The position numbers and the translations under genes were made by a program. Positions 38,825 through 46,365 of a DNA stretch of 64,000 nt are shown here, piece by piece (within the stretch, counting starts at the first letter, position 1; every line of letters starts with the position of its first letter). The stretch is from Nitrospirota bacterium (GTDB lineage Bacteria > Nitrospirota > Nitrospiria > JACQBZ01). The stretch covers positions 13,678 through 77,677 of the forward strand of contig JACQFA010000039.1 in NCBI GenBank assembly GCA_016200255.1. Reading direction: 5' to 3'. The notes below the pieces were generated by a model. That model was not told the DNA's origin. It searched no databases and was given only the letters and a program-made list of their open reading frames with translations.

Positions 38825-39723
38825 CCATTCGTCTCCGATTTAAAGACGGATCGTTTCGACGGATCCGTCAGGATTTCCTCGATCAGAATCGGTCCCAGGT
38901 ACTTTTCGGCCTCGTTTTCGTACAGTACCGACATCGTTTGAGCCGCGGTCGCGCCCACCGGCAGACTTTTTTCCAGCGCAACAACCTCCTGAGCCAGCGC
39001 GGCATAGTCCGCGGCGCCGTGGGCCCCGGGATCATACTCGGTGATCGGCAGCCCGTGGCTTGCGGCCTCGCGCAACCGGGTATTATTACGGATCACGGTT
39101 TTGAACGTACGCTCCGAAAAATGCCGCTGCACCTCGCCCAAAACCTCCCGGGTGAAACGCACGCGCAGGTTGACCATGGTCGCCAAGGCCCGAACCGTCA
39201 CTTCATGACCGGTATGCCGTGCCACGACATCCACGATCTCGATCAACTTGGCCAAACCATGCAGAGAAAAGAAACCCATCTCGACCGGAACGATGGCTTC
39301 ATCGCTGGCGCGCAACGCGTTGAAGGTCAGCAGGCCCAGACTCGGCGGCGAGTCGATGATGACATAATCATACGAGTGACGGGAAGATTGAATCGCGGAG
39401 AGCAACCGTTGCTCCTTCTGTGGAACGGAGCTTAAAAGCTGTTCGACCGAACTGAGGGTCACATTGGCGGGAGCGACGTCCAGGTTGGGACTGATCGCCC
39501 CGCAAATCACATCGTCGATGCAGGTTTCCTGCGTCAAGACCTCGGTCATCCCTTTCAAAAGATGCTCCGGTTTCAGATTCAATCCCAGGGACGCATGGCC
39601 CTGGGGGTCCAGATCCACCAGAAGCACCCGCCGGTTGAGCCGCGCGAGACAGGCCGACAGATTAATGGCCGTTGTGGTCTTGCCGCAGCCCCCCTTTTGA
39701 TTAATGACGGCGATCGTGCGCAT
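38821..39723 (-). CDS. ParA/MinD-family P-loop ATPase (deviant Walker A KGGCGKTT)
   Basis: MRTIAVINQKGGCGKTTTAINLSACLARLNRRVLLVDLDPQGHAS...; Walker B YVIIDSPPS. The start ATG is preceded by AAAGGAGGAG. The track ORF starts at an upstream TTG. Confidence 0.85.
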   Translation of the reverse strand: MRTIAVINQKGGCGKTTTAINLSACLARLNRRVLLVDLDPQGHASLGLNLKPEHLLKGMTEVLTQETCIDDVICGAISPNLDVAPANVTLSSVEQLLSSVPQKEQRLLSAIQSSRHSYDYVIIDSPPSLGLLTFNALRASDEAIVPVEMGFFSLHGLAKLIEIVDVVARHTGHEVTVRALATMVNLRVRFTREVLGEVQRHFSERTFKTVIRNNTRLREAASHGLPITEYDPGAHGAADYAALAQEVVALEKSLPVGATAAQTMSVLYENEAEKYLGPILIEEILTDPSKRSVFKSETNG

Positions 39724-39746
39724 CGGCTCCTCCTTTTTCAAAAGGA

Positions 39747-40226
39747 TTATGACGCCTGATCAATCTTTCGGGTCGGAGCATCTCTCCGCCGGACCTTCCG
39801 ATGCTTTTTAAGCTCCTCGACTCGCTTCTGCCATTTGTCGACGGACTGCCGAACCTCGGCCACTTCAACAATCCATTCCTGGCCGGAGATCGCTTCAAAA
39901 ACGGTTCCTTCATAAAAAACCAGGACCATATCGCCCGTTGCAACCAGCGTCAACTCGGCCAGCGGCCGCTTAATGGTGGGAAGGAGTCTTTGCAGGTGGG
40001 CGATGCTTTGGCGTATGCGTTGAACCGAGACGCCCGCATCCAATAATTTCTTCGCCGTCTTGAACGAAACGAGGTCCTGAAAGGTGTAGCGCGAATGCCC
40101 TCCGGGTGTTCGAAGACCCGGCTTGATCAGATCGGTCCGATCCCAGTGCTGCACCTGCCTCCGACTCAGACCAATGATCTCGCCGACCTCATGGGAGGTA
40201 AAAAAACCTTTTTCATGATTGCTCAT
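39747..40226 (-). CDS. MerR-family HTH transcriptional regulator with an uncharacterised C-terminal domain
   Basis: FFTSHEVGEIIGLSRRQVQHWDRTDLIKPGLRTPGGHSRYTFQDLVSFKTAKKLLDAGVSVQRI matches the MerR HTH. It is the first gene of the operon. Confidence 0.75.
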   Translation of the reverse strand: MSNHEKGFFTSHEVGEIIGLSRRQVQHWDRTDLIKPGLRTPGGHSRYTFQDLVSFKTAKKLLDAGVSVQRIRQSIAHLQRLLPTIKRPLAELTLVATGDMVLVFYEGTVFEAISGQEWIVEVAEVRQSVDKWQKRVEELKKHRKVRRRDAPTRKIDQAS

Positions 40227-40254
40227 TGATCGCCCATAAACCCGTCTTTTTGGT

Positions 40255-40290
40255 TAGGTATAATACGTCACAATTTAAATGTCAAGAAAA
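40255..40290 (-). promoter_or_regulatory. Putative promoter and operator in an AT-rich region upstream of the MerR-like gene
   Basis: Minus-strand cTTGACAtttaaattgtgacgtatTATACc has a consensus -35 and a palindromic ATTTAAAT core in the spacer. The region 40227-40412 is strongly AT-rich compared with the flanks. Confidence 0.4.
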
Positions 40291-40412
40291 AAGCACATTT
40301 TGTTGAAAAGATGTGTAAATTATAATCAGGCATTATATAACCAACTGTTTTATAACAAATAAAAACACTTAAAGATATGCACAGATTATTGTGGATATGA
40401 TTATGGCAACCG

Positions 40413-41132
40413 CTATAGAAAATGGACCAAAGAGAGTATCTCGATCAGATTACTGATTGAGACCACCCCCTCGGGTTTGTTCGGACCCCGAGATCGATCA
40501 AGATAAATCGGGGTGAGTCCGGCCCCGCCTGCGCCCCGGACATCGTCCTCGACACTATCGCCGACATGAACCGCTTCACGGGGCAGAAGACCATTTTGCT
40601 GAAGCGCCTTCCGAAAGATGACTGGATCCGGTTTTGCGGCGCCTTCCCGACTGGAGATTTGAATGGAGTCAAGATACTCAAAAATCTCGAGATCCGTGCA
40701 GACCGTCAGAAGTCGGGAATCGAAATTTGAGATGATTCCCAGGATAAAACCCGCCTTCCTGAGACTCTGCAGCGCCTCGCGTGTTTCGGGATAAAGCTCC
40801 CATCCCCGAATGCCGGCAAACGCCCGGAAAACCCCTTCAAAGTAGTCGTCAAATTTTCGGATCATCCCGACCCGCTGGAAAACCTCCCGGACAACCCCGT
40901 GCCACCATTCTTTTTCAGAATGCCTGAGAAGACCGGACTGGAGTCGTGAAAACGCCAGCGGCGGCGCTTTGGGAAAGATATCGCGAAAGGCCGCTTCAAT
41001 GGCCTCCGGGGAGGCCTTCACCCCGTAGGGTTTTGCAAGCTCCCAGTAAATCTGTCCGACGCCGCCCCGCACACGGAACAGCGTTCCCACCGCATCGAAA
41101 AAAATGGCCTTGGCATAAATCGGGCTGGACAT
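40413..41132 (-). CDS. HAD-superfamily hydrolase
   Basis: AIFFDAVGTLF motif I and ...HVGDSVEDDVRGAGGAG motif IV. The start was chosen at MSSPIY. Confidence 0.75.
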   Translation of the reverse strand: MSSPIYAKAIFFDAVGTLFRVRGGVGQIYWELAKPYGVKASPEAIEAAFRDIFPKAPPLAFSRLQSGLLRHSEKEWWHGVVREVFQRVGMIRKFDDYFEGVFRAFAGIRGWELYPETREALQSLRKAGFILGIISNFDSRLLTVCTDLEIFEYLDSIQISSREGAAKPDPVIFRKALQQNGLLPREAVHVGDSVEDDVRGAGGAGLTPIYLDRSRGPNKPEGVVSISNLIEILSLVHFL

Positions 41133-41133
41133 A

Positions 41134-41682
41134 CTATAGTCGGGCCAGGACGCCCCGATTGACCTCCTCCATCTTGGAGCGTCCTTCCAGAATCTCAACC
41201 AGTTTCATCGCAAACTCCATGGCCGTGCCGGGAGAGCGGCTCGTGACGATGGAACCGTCCACCACAACCCGTTCCTCGCTGTACTTTGTCTCCGATAGAT
41301 CCCCCTGAACCGACGGATGACTGGTGACCTTTTTGCCCTGAAGAAGTCCGACGGCCGAAAGAACGGTCGGCGCCGCACAGATGGCCGTGATGTAGCCGCC
41401 CCGGGCCGCCAGCTCCTGAAGAATTTTATGGACGCGCGGATCGTTCTTTAAATGTTCCGCTCCGGCCGATCCTCCCGGGAGAACGATCATGTCAAACCGG
41501 CGAACGGCCACGTCATCCAACAAGACATCCGGCGCCACCTTGATTTTGCTTCTGCCTTCGATTTCACCCCGAACCGTTCCGGCCACCGTCACCTCGATTC
41601 CGGCCCGGCGAAGAATGTCGATCACGGTGATCGCCTCGATCTCTTCGAATCCAGGCGCCAACGGAATCAGAACCTTTTTCAT
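41134..41682 (-). CDS. DJ-1/PfpI-family protein
   Basis: MKKVLIPLAPGFEEIEAITVIDILRRAG...ICAAP conserved nucleophile-elbow Cys. Confidence 0.85.
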   Translation of the reverse strand: MKKVLIPLAPGFEEIEAITVIDILRRAGIEVTVAGTVRGEIEGRSKIKVAPDVLLDDVAVRRFDMIVLPGGSAGAEHLKNDPRVHKILQELAARGGYITAICAAPTVLSAVGLLQGKKVTSHPSVQGDLSETKYSEERVVVDGSIVTSRSPGTAMEFAMKLVEILEGRSKMEEVNRGVLARL

Positions 41683-41820
41683 GACTCACCTCCACACGAT
41701 CGCCATTGTATGAAGCCGAGGGTAGGGATGTCAATGCCGTCCGGGCCAAGGCAGGTCACAAAATAAAAGGCCCGGATTCTGCGATGAGAGTCCGGGCCTT
41801 CAGATTGGACAGAAAGGGAT

Positions 41821-42177
41821 TTATTTGTAGCGGGGCACCTTTGGATCGATCTGAACCGACCAGGCCTCGATTCCACCGGCCAGGTTCATCACATTTTTGA
41901 ATTTCTGGTCCTTGAGAAATCGGGTCGCTTTCAGGCTTCGGACGCCCATGTGGCAATACACGATGATCTCGTCATCCGGTGTGAGTTCCGAAAACCGCTG
42001 TCCCAACACCCCCAGGGGAATATGCACCGCGCCTTCCAGACGGTTGATCGCCACTTCCCAGTCTTCGCGAACATCCAGGAAGATGATCTTTTCCTTCCGG
42101 TCCAACTTGGCCTTCACATCGTTCGGCGAAAGGTTCAGTGCCGGGTCGGATTGAGATTGAAAAAGGTTGAACAACAT
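41821..42177 (-). CDS. Single-domain rhodanese (sulfurtransferase)
   Basis: IIVYCHMGVRS active-site Cys loop. The track ORF begins at a TTG (42228) that abuts a terminator hairpin, so the first ATG (MLFNLF) was chosen. Confidence 0.7.
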   Translation of the reverse strand: MLFNLFQSQSDPALNLSPNDVKAKLDRKEKIIFLDVREDWEVAINRLEGAVHIPLGVLGQRFSELTPDDEIIVYCHMGVRSLKATRFLKDQKFKNVMNLAGGIEAWSVQIDPKVPRYK

Positions 42178-42228
42178 GAGCTCATCATAAGACAGACGAT
42201 CCGGTTGGTCAACTGTTTTTTGGAGCAA

Positions 42229-42263
42229 AACAAAAGGCTCATCCGAACAGGCATGAGCCTTTT
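42229..42263 (-). terminator. Bidirectional intrinsic terminator (GGCTCAT-N10-ATGAGCC flanked by A- and T-runs)
   Basis: A 7-bp perfect stem at 42236-42242 / 42253-42259, with aaaacaaaa upstream and ttttgtt downstream. On the minus strand it follows the 120-aa secreted-protein gene. Confidence 0.65.
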
Positions 42264-42295
42264 GTTAAAATTACACGGGACGATTTAAAATACGG

Positions 42296-42658
42296 TTATT
42301 CCTTCACCTTGATGATATTGGCCAGCCGCTTCCCATCGCGCTCCAGATAGCTCACGGTCACTTCCGATTCCAGTCTCAATCCGTCCAGTCTCAGATGCTG
42401 GCGCCCCCGTTTAAGCTGAGTATCGGGAGTGATCACGAAACTCTGGTCCCCGTGCCGGCTCTTAAGACTCATCGTATGGCCCACCAGATCGACCTCCTTC
42501 ACCGTCCCGGTCATATGATGCAGCGAAGCCGTCTTCAACCGACCGTCGATAACGGGCCTGACCTCCAATGAACCGCTTGCCAGTTGCTGAGCCACCACCG
42601 TCCCGACCAGAAGAAAACTGACAAGACCGGATGCAAAAAACACAAACGCTCGATACAT
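42296..42658 (-). CDS. Small secreted protein (signal peptide)
   Basis: MYRAFVFFASGLVSFLLVGTVVAQQ; no identified domain. Confidence 0.5.
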   Translation of the reverse strand: MYRAFVFFASGLVSFLLVGTVVAQQLASGSLEVRPVIDGRLKTASLHHMTGTVKEVDLVGHTMSLKSRHGDQSFVITPDTQLKRGRQHLRLDGLRLESEVTVSYLERDGKRLANIIKVKE

Positions 42659-42889
42659 AATCCACCTCCTATGGTTGTTGGATCTTGTTGTTCATCCATC
42701 CCGTGCAGCAAGTCCATAGTGCAGAGTCCGTGCCAATGCATATTGAAGGGATAGAAGGGTGTCCACTTCATGAATTGTGCGATATATTCGAGGAGAAAAC
42801 AGGAAAGCAGAGACGGCAAGCGGAACGGATATGTCTCGTGATTCAGGTCGGCAGTCGGAATCATGCGTCAGCGTTCATAAGAAAATCCC

Positions 42890-42918
42890 TTGACACCATC
42901 CGACCCGTTTGGTAGCAT
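42890..42918 (+). promoter_or_regulatory. Sigma70-like promoter P1 (TTGACA-17-TAGCAT) upstream of the FecR-domain gene; duplicated at 44779-44807
   Basis: TTGACAccatccgacccgtttggTAGCAT. The same ~45-nt sequence occurs at 44770-44815 with 3 substitutions. Confidence 0.55.
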
Positions 42919-43031
42919 CGCGCGGACCGTCCGCACCTGTCGGTGACCGCCGACACCCGGCTGCGCAGATGCATACTTGATTCTTCCTCCCCATCGGGAT
43001 CATAATCTCCTTGGGTAAGGAGAACCTGACC

Positions 43032-44771
43032 GTGTCTGTGATCATCCGGGTGCTGGCCGTGCTGTTGTTGTTGAACCTGGCGAGCGTGTTTCCGCCACTG
43101 GCCTACGCAGAAGAAGAAACGTCCGACCCCTACGGAACGGTGCGGCTTTCCCGCATCAGCCTCATCGAGGGGGAGGTACTCCTTCAGCGGGGCGATGATG
43201 AAGAGTGGGTGGCGGCCTCCGTCAACATGCCGCTTCGCCCTCACGATAAACTCTGGGCGACCGACGACGCTCGTGCCGAAATCCAGTTTGACGACGGGAC
43301 CGCGGTTCGCCTTGCCGAAAATTCCAATCTGGACCTCGTAAGCCTGGAGCCGGACTGGATCCATCTCCAGCTCACATTGGGCGTGGCCAGTTTCGCGGCC
43401 CGGGCCTCTTTCCGCGCGGGCGCGCGCCAGCCCTTTCTCGAGATCGACACCCCGCAGGCCACGGCCCAGGTCACTCGTTCGACGGCGTTTCGGGTGGATG
43501 TGGCGGAGGACGGTTCAACCGTCATCACGGTCCGTGACGGTGAGGTGGAACTGAGCCGCGATGAGGAGCCGATCATGATCGCCGCCGATCAACGCGTCGC
43601 GATCGAGGGAGGCGACTCCCCGGACTATCTATTGGAAGCGGCCGAGCCGCCGGATGACTGGGACCGATGGAATAAAGATCGCGATACCCAACGGGCCCGG
43701 GCCGCGGACCATGAGCATCTCCCCTCCGGTACCGAGATGGGGGTGACGGAGTTGAATACCTACGGCAACTGGAATCAGGTCCAGACCTACGGCTGGGTTT
43801 GGATCCCCCAAGTGACCGCGGGTTGGACTCCCTATCATATCGGCCGATGGGTCTGGATGGAGCCGTGGGGCTGGACCTGGGTCTCCTACGAACCATGGGG
43901 TTGGCTCCCCTATCACTATGGCCGGTGGGTCATGGTCGGAGGCAGGGGATGGGTCTGGGTGCCGGGTCCGACTCTTGGAATTTGGACGCCAGGCTGTGTT
44001 CGATTTTTTTATGGGCCGAACTGGGTGGGCTGGGTGCCGCTCGGACCGGGCGAGGTCTACTATTACTATCCCGGCGCTTCCGTGAATATCGATATCAACC
44101 TCGTCAACTATCCTGTCCCGGGGGCGGCGATCGTGATGTCCCGGCGTCGCTTCGTCACGGGCCTGCCGGAGGAAGAAAGGTTTATTCCGCCCAAAGATCC
44201 GATTCGGGCCGGGCGGGTGGCGGTCGGTCCGCCGCCGGTCGTGCCGACACGCGCCAGCCTGCATCCCGCGCCCGAGACAGCGGTCCCGGCGGATCGGCTT
44301 CCGCCCCAAACGATCCATCGCCCGGTGGTCTATACCCGCACCCCGCCGGCTCCGCCGCCCCTCTTCGAGAACCGGGTAAAGGAAATTCAGGGCGTCGTCA
44401 CGCAAGGCCGTCCCCCCGCCGCGCCCTCGCTTCCGGAGAAAGGTGTACCGGGTGCCGAAGAGCGTCGCGCCGCAAGCGGGAAAATCCGCAAAGACATCAC
44501 GGTCAGGAAAATGATCGCACCCTCTACGCTCTCGACCTTTCCAAACCGGACGCCGCGCCCGCCGGAGGAGCGCGCCGCGCCGAGTCATGAAGCCAAGAAA
44601 AGGCAACCCTCTCCTCCCAAGAACGTTAAGTTGGCGAGGACACCTTCGGAACCCTCCGCTCCGCAAACATTGGAGGGACGAACACAACAAGGCCGGCCCC
44701 TCTATCGGAAGCCGCCATCCAACCCCGCCCCCGCGGTTGTTCCTCCCCCCCAAGGCGACGGATCGCACTAA
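43032..44771 (+). CDS. FecR-domain secreted protein with a Trp-rich repeat region and a Pro-rich C-terminal tail
   Basis: An N-terminal signal peptide, then FecR-like VRLSRISLIEGEVLLQRGDDEEW...AEIQFDDGTAVRLAENS. The middle reads WVWIPQVTAGWTPYHIGRWVWMEPWGWTWVSYEPWGWLPYHYGRWV and the C-terminal 200 aa are Pro/Ala-rich. The start was chosen at the GTG after an AAGGAG RBS; the track ORF begins at a TTG at 43011. Confidence 0.65.
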   Translation: MSVIIRVLAVLLLLNLASVFPPLAYAEEETSDPYGTVRLSRISLIEGEVLLQRGDDEEWVAASVNMPLRPHDKLWATDDARAEIQFDDGTAVRLAENSNLDLVSLEPDWIHLQLTLGVASFAARASFRAGARQPFLEIDTPQATAQVTRSTAFRVDVAEDGSTVITVRDGEVELSRDEEPIMIAADQRVAIEGGDSPDYLLEAAEPPDDWDRWNKDRDTQRARAADHEHLPSGTEMGVTELNTYGNWNQVQTYGWVWIPQVTAGWTPYHIGRWVWMEPWGWTWVSYEPWGWLPYHYGRWVMVGGRGWVWVPGPTLGIWTPGCVRFFYGPNWVGWVPLGPGEVYYYYPGASVNIDINLVNYPVPGAAIVMSRRRFVTGLPEEERFIPPKDPIRAGRVAVGPPPVVPTRASLHPAPETAVPADRLPPQTIHRPVVYTRTPPAPPPLFENRVKEIQGVVTQGRPPAAPSLPEKGVPGAEERRAASGKIRKDITVRKMIAPSTLSTFPNRTPRPPEERAAPSHEAKKRQPSPPKNVKLARTPSEPSAPQTLEGRTQQGRPLYRKPPSNPAPAVVPPPQGDGSH

Positions 44772-44778
44772 AAATTTC

Positions 44779-44807
44779 TTGACACCTTCCGACCCGTTTG
44801 ATAGCAT
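44779..44807 (+). promoter_or_regulatory. Promoter P2, a duplicate of P1 (TTGACA-17-TAGCAT), at the left edge of a lower-GC island
   Basis: TTGACAccttccgacccgtttgaTAGCAT, followed by about 300 nt with no convincing ORF before the gene at 45125. Confidence 0.5.
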
Positions 44808-45124
44808 CGCGCCGTCTGAAGCATCCAGTCCGTTTTTTATAGTTTAACGTTGCTGCGCACCACATCGGCCGAGACGGGCATGCCACTGCCCGATCCGAGC
44901 GGTCGAGGGAGATTACGTCCCCCGGCTTCAAAACCGATCACGCTTTTTCGCACCTTGCCCCCAATTGAATTCTATCCGGACATGGGCCTCAAGTTCACCT
45001 CAATCGTCTTTGGGCTTGTTTTAAATTTTTCGAAGGTCAAAAACCCTTTTCCAATTCCAAGATCTGTAGTTTGATTTTCTGAAGGAATTGGCTTATCCTT
45101 TTATGGGTTCAAAAACAAATCATT

Positions 45125-46141
45125 TTGGACAACGTAACAAGACCTGCCTTGCTAACGATAGAACATAAAAAAATGACACCTGTCCGCCTTCGCCCAAATG
45201 TGCCAATAAAATTAGCCCAGGTCGCTGCGGATCTTGAACCGTACACGGGTCGATGGCATGTGTTCCTCTTAAGGCCCCCACGTTTTCATGGATGCCTTAC
45301 TGACTTCTTGCAAGGGCATCCCGATTTTCAGAAGCGCTTTCTGCCGAGATCTCAAAGAGCCGTTACGCTCCTAAATCGGCTTCTTGGCGATAGAGGCAAG
45401 TTTATTCCTCCAAGCACGACGACAAGATCTAAACGGATATATGGTTCCGTTGGGCTCGTCGTCGATCGTGCGGCGATCCATTTGATCGGCGAGGACGTCA
45501 TGGTTAGGCCTAGGAGTTATCTGCAACAAGGAAAAACAAAGAAAAGGATTCTCAAGGCTCTTGAATACCAATCCCGGCGAGAGTCACCTGGATGTCTCAG
45601 CCCAGAGCGTCCAGAGACTCTGGGTTGGTTATGGGTTCTCGGCAATCTTGAGCCCGTATTTCGCGGCTTTCGCCCGCTCTCAGACATTGACGGCGCCGCG
45701 CTGGGGTCGGCACCCGTCACCCCACGAAGCGCCATGCGTTGGCTGGCCAATCTGGTGACCGAGGACCTCGCCAGCGAACTGACCGCACTCATTCGTTCCC
45801 TCGCTTGCATTATTCCGAAGGGCCCCTATCGCTCGAATCCGATCTTTGGCGGCTATGGTTTTGTCATCGGCTCCGATGGGGATTTCATGGCCGGTCACAC
45901 GCTCGTCGAGATCAAGTGCTCTGTCTCGGGTGTCAGGAGAAATTCCGTGTCACAGATGCTATCGTATTTCGCAATCGATCGACTCAACCATGGGACCCAT
46001 GGCTATGGAGTACGTCAACTGGCACTCTGTCTACCGAGGCAGCAAGCGACTATCATCGGAACGGTCGATGAATGGTTGAGCTTCTTCGGCGGCCCATCTC
46101 CAAAACGCTTTATAGCCATGTTCGCAGAATATGTGAAATAA
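45125..46141 (+). CDS. Hypothetical protein with a possible C-terminal PD-(D/E)xK nuclease-like motif
   Basis: GC (~50%) and codon usage are lower than in the surrounding genes. The C-terminal GYGFVIGSDGDFMAGHTLVEIKCS fits a D...E-x-K motif. The start is ambiguous (45125, or the internal ATG at about 45173). Confidence 0.4.
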   Translation: MDNVTRPALLTIEHKKMTPVRLRPNVPIKLAQVAADLEPYTGRWHVFLLRPPRFHGCLTDFLQGHPDFQKRFLPRSQRAVTLLNRLLGDRGKFIPPSTTTRSKRIYGSVGLVVDRAAIHLIGEDVMVRPRSYLQQGKTKKRILKALEYQSRRESPGCLSPERPETLGWLWVLGNLEPVFRGFRPLSDIDGAALGSAPVTPRSAMRWLANLVTEDLASELTALIRSLACIIPKGPYRSNPIFGGYGFVIGSDGDFMAGHTLVEIKCSVSGVRRNSVSQMLSYFAIDRLNHGTHGYGVRQLALCLPRQQATIIGTVDEWLSFFGGPSPKRFIAMFAEYVK

Positions 46142-46268
46142 TCTCATGACACAAATTTCTTGGTCAGATTTCTATAGAGGTTCTAAAACAGTTCATTTTG
46201 AACCATGTGCTGGATTGTAAAGATGGCTAATGTTCTCGCCACAATTTGAATCTGAAATCAAAAAGGTT

Positions 46269-46287
46269 TTTGACACAGCTGTGTCAA
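46269..46287. promoter_or_regulatory. Perfect 18-bp palindrome TTGACACAG|CTGTGTCAA upstream of the NHL-repeat gene
   Basis: Exact inverted repeat centred on CAGCTG in an AT-rich intergenic region, about 80 nt upstream of the ATG at 46366. Confidence 0.5.
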
Positions 46288-46365
46288 AGAGTCAAAAATG
46301 AACCGTATCGGGTTTAAGTAGAGAAATAGCTAACAGGGTTTCCGATGTACACGGGAGGCCTTTGC

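Noticed and set aside
43629-44807. 392-aa minus-strand ORF and the other antisense ORFs in 43.2-44.6 kb
   Set aside because: They lie within the Pro-rich coding region of the FecR-domain gene, and their Arg/Gly/Pro-rich composition is typical of GC-rich artefacts.
44850-45074. 74-aa ORF between promoter P2 and the island's first gene
   Set aside because: No RBS, odd composition, and it lies in the putative long leader. It is more likely non-coding.
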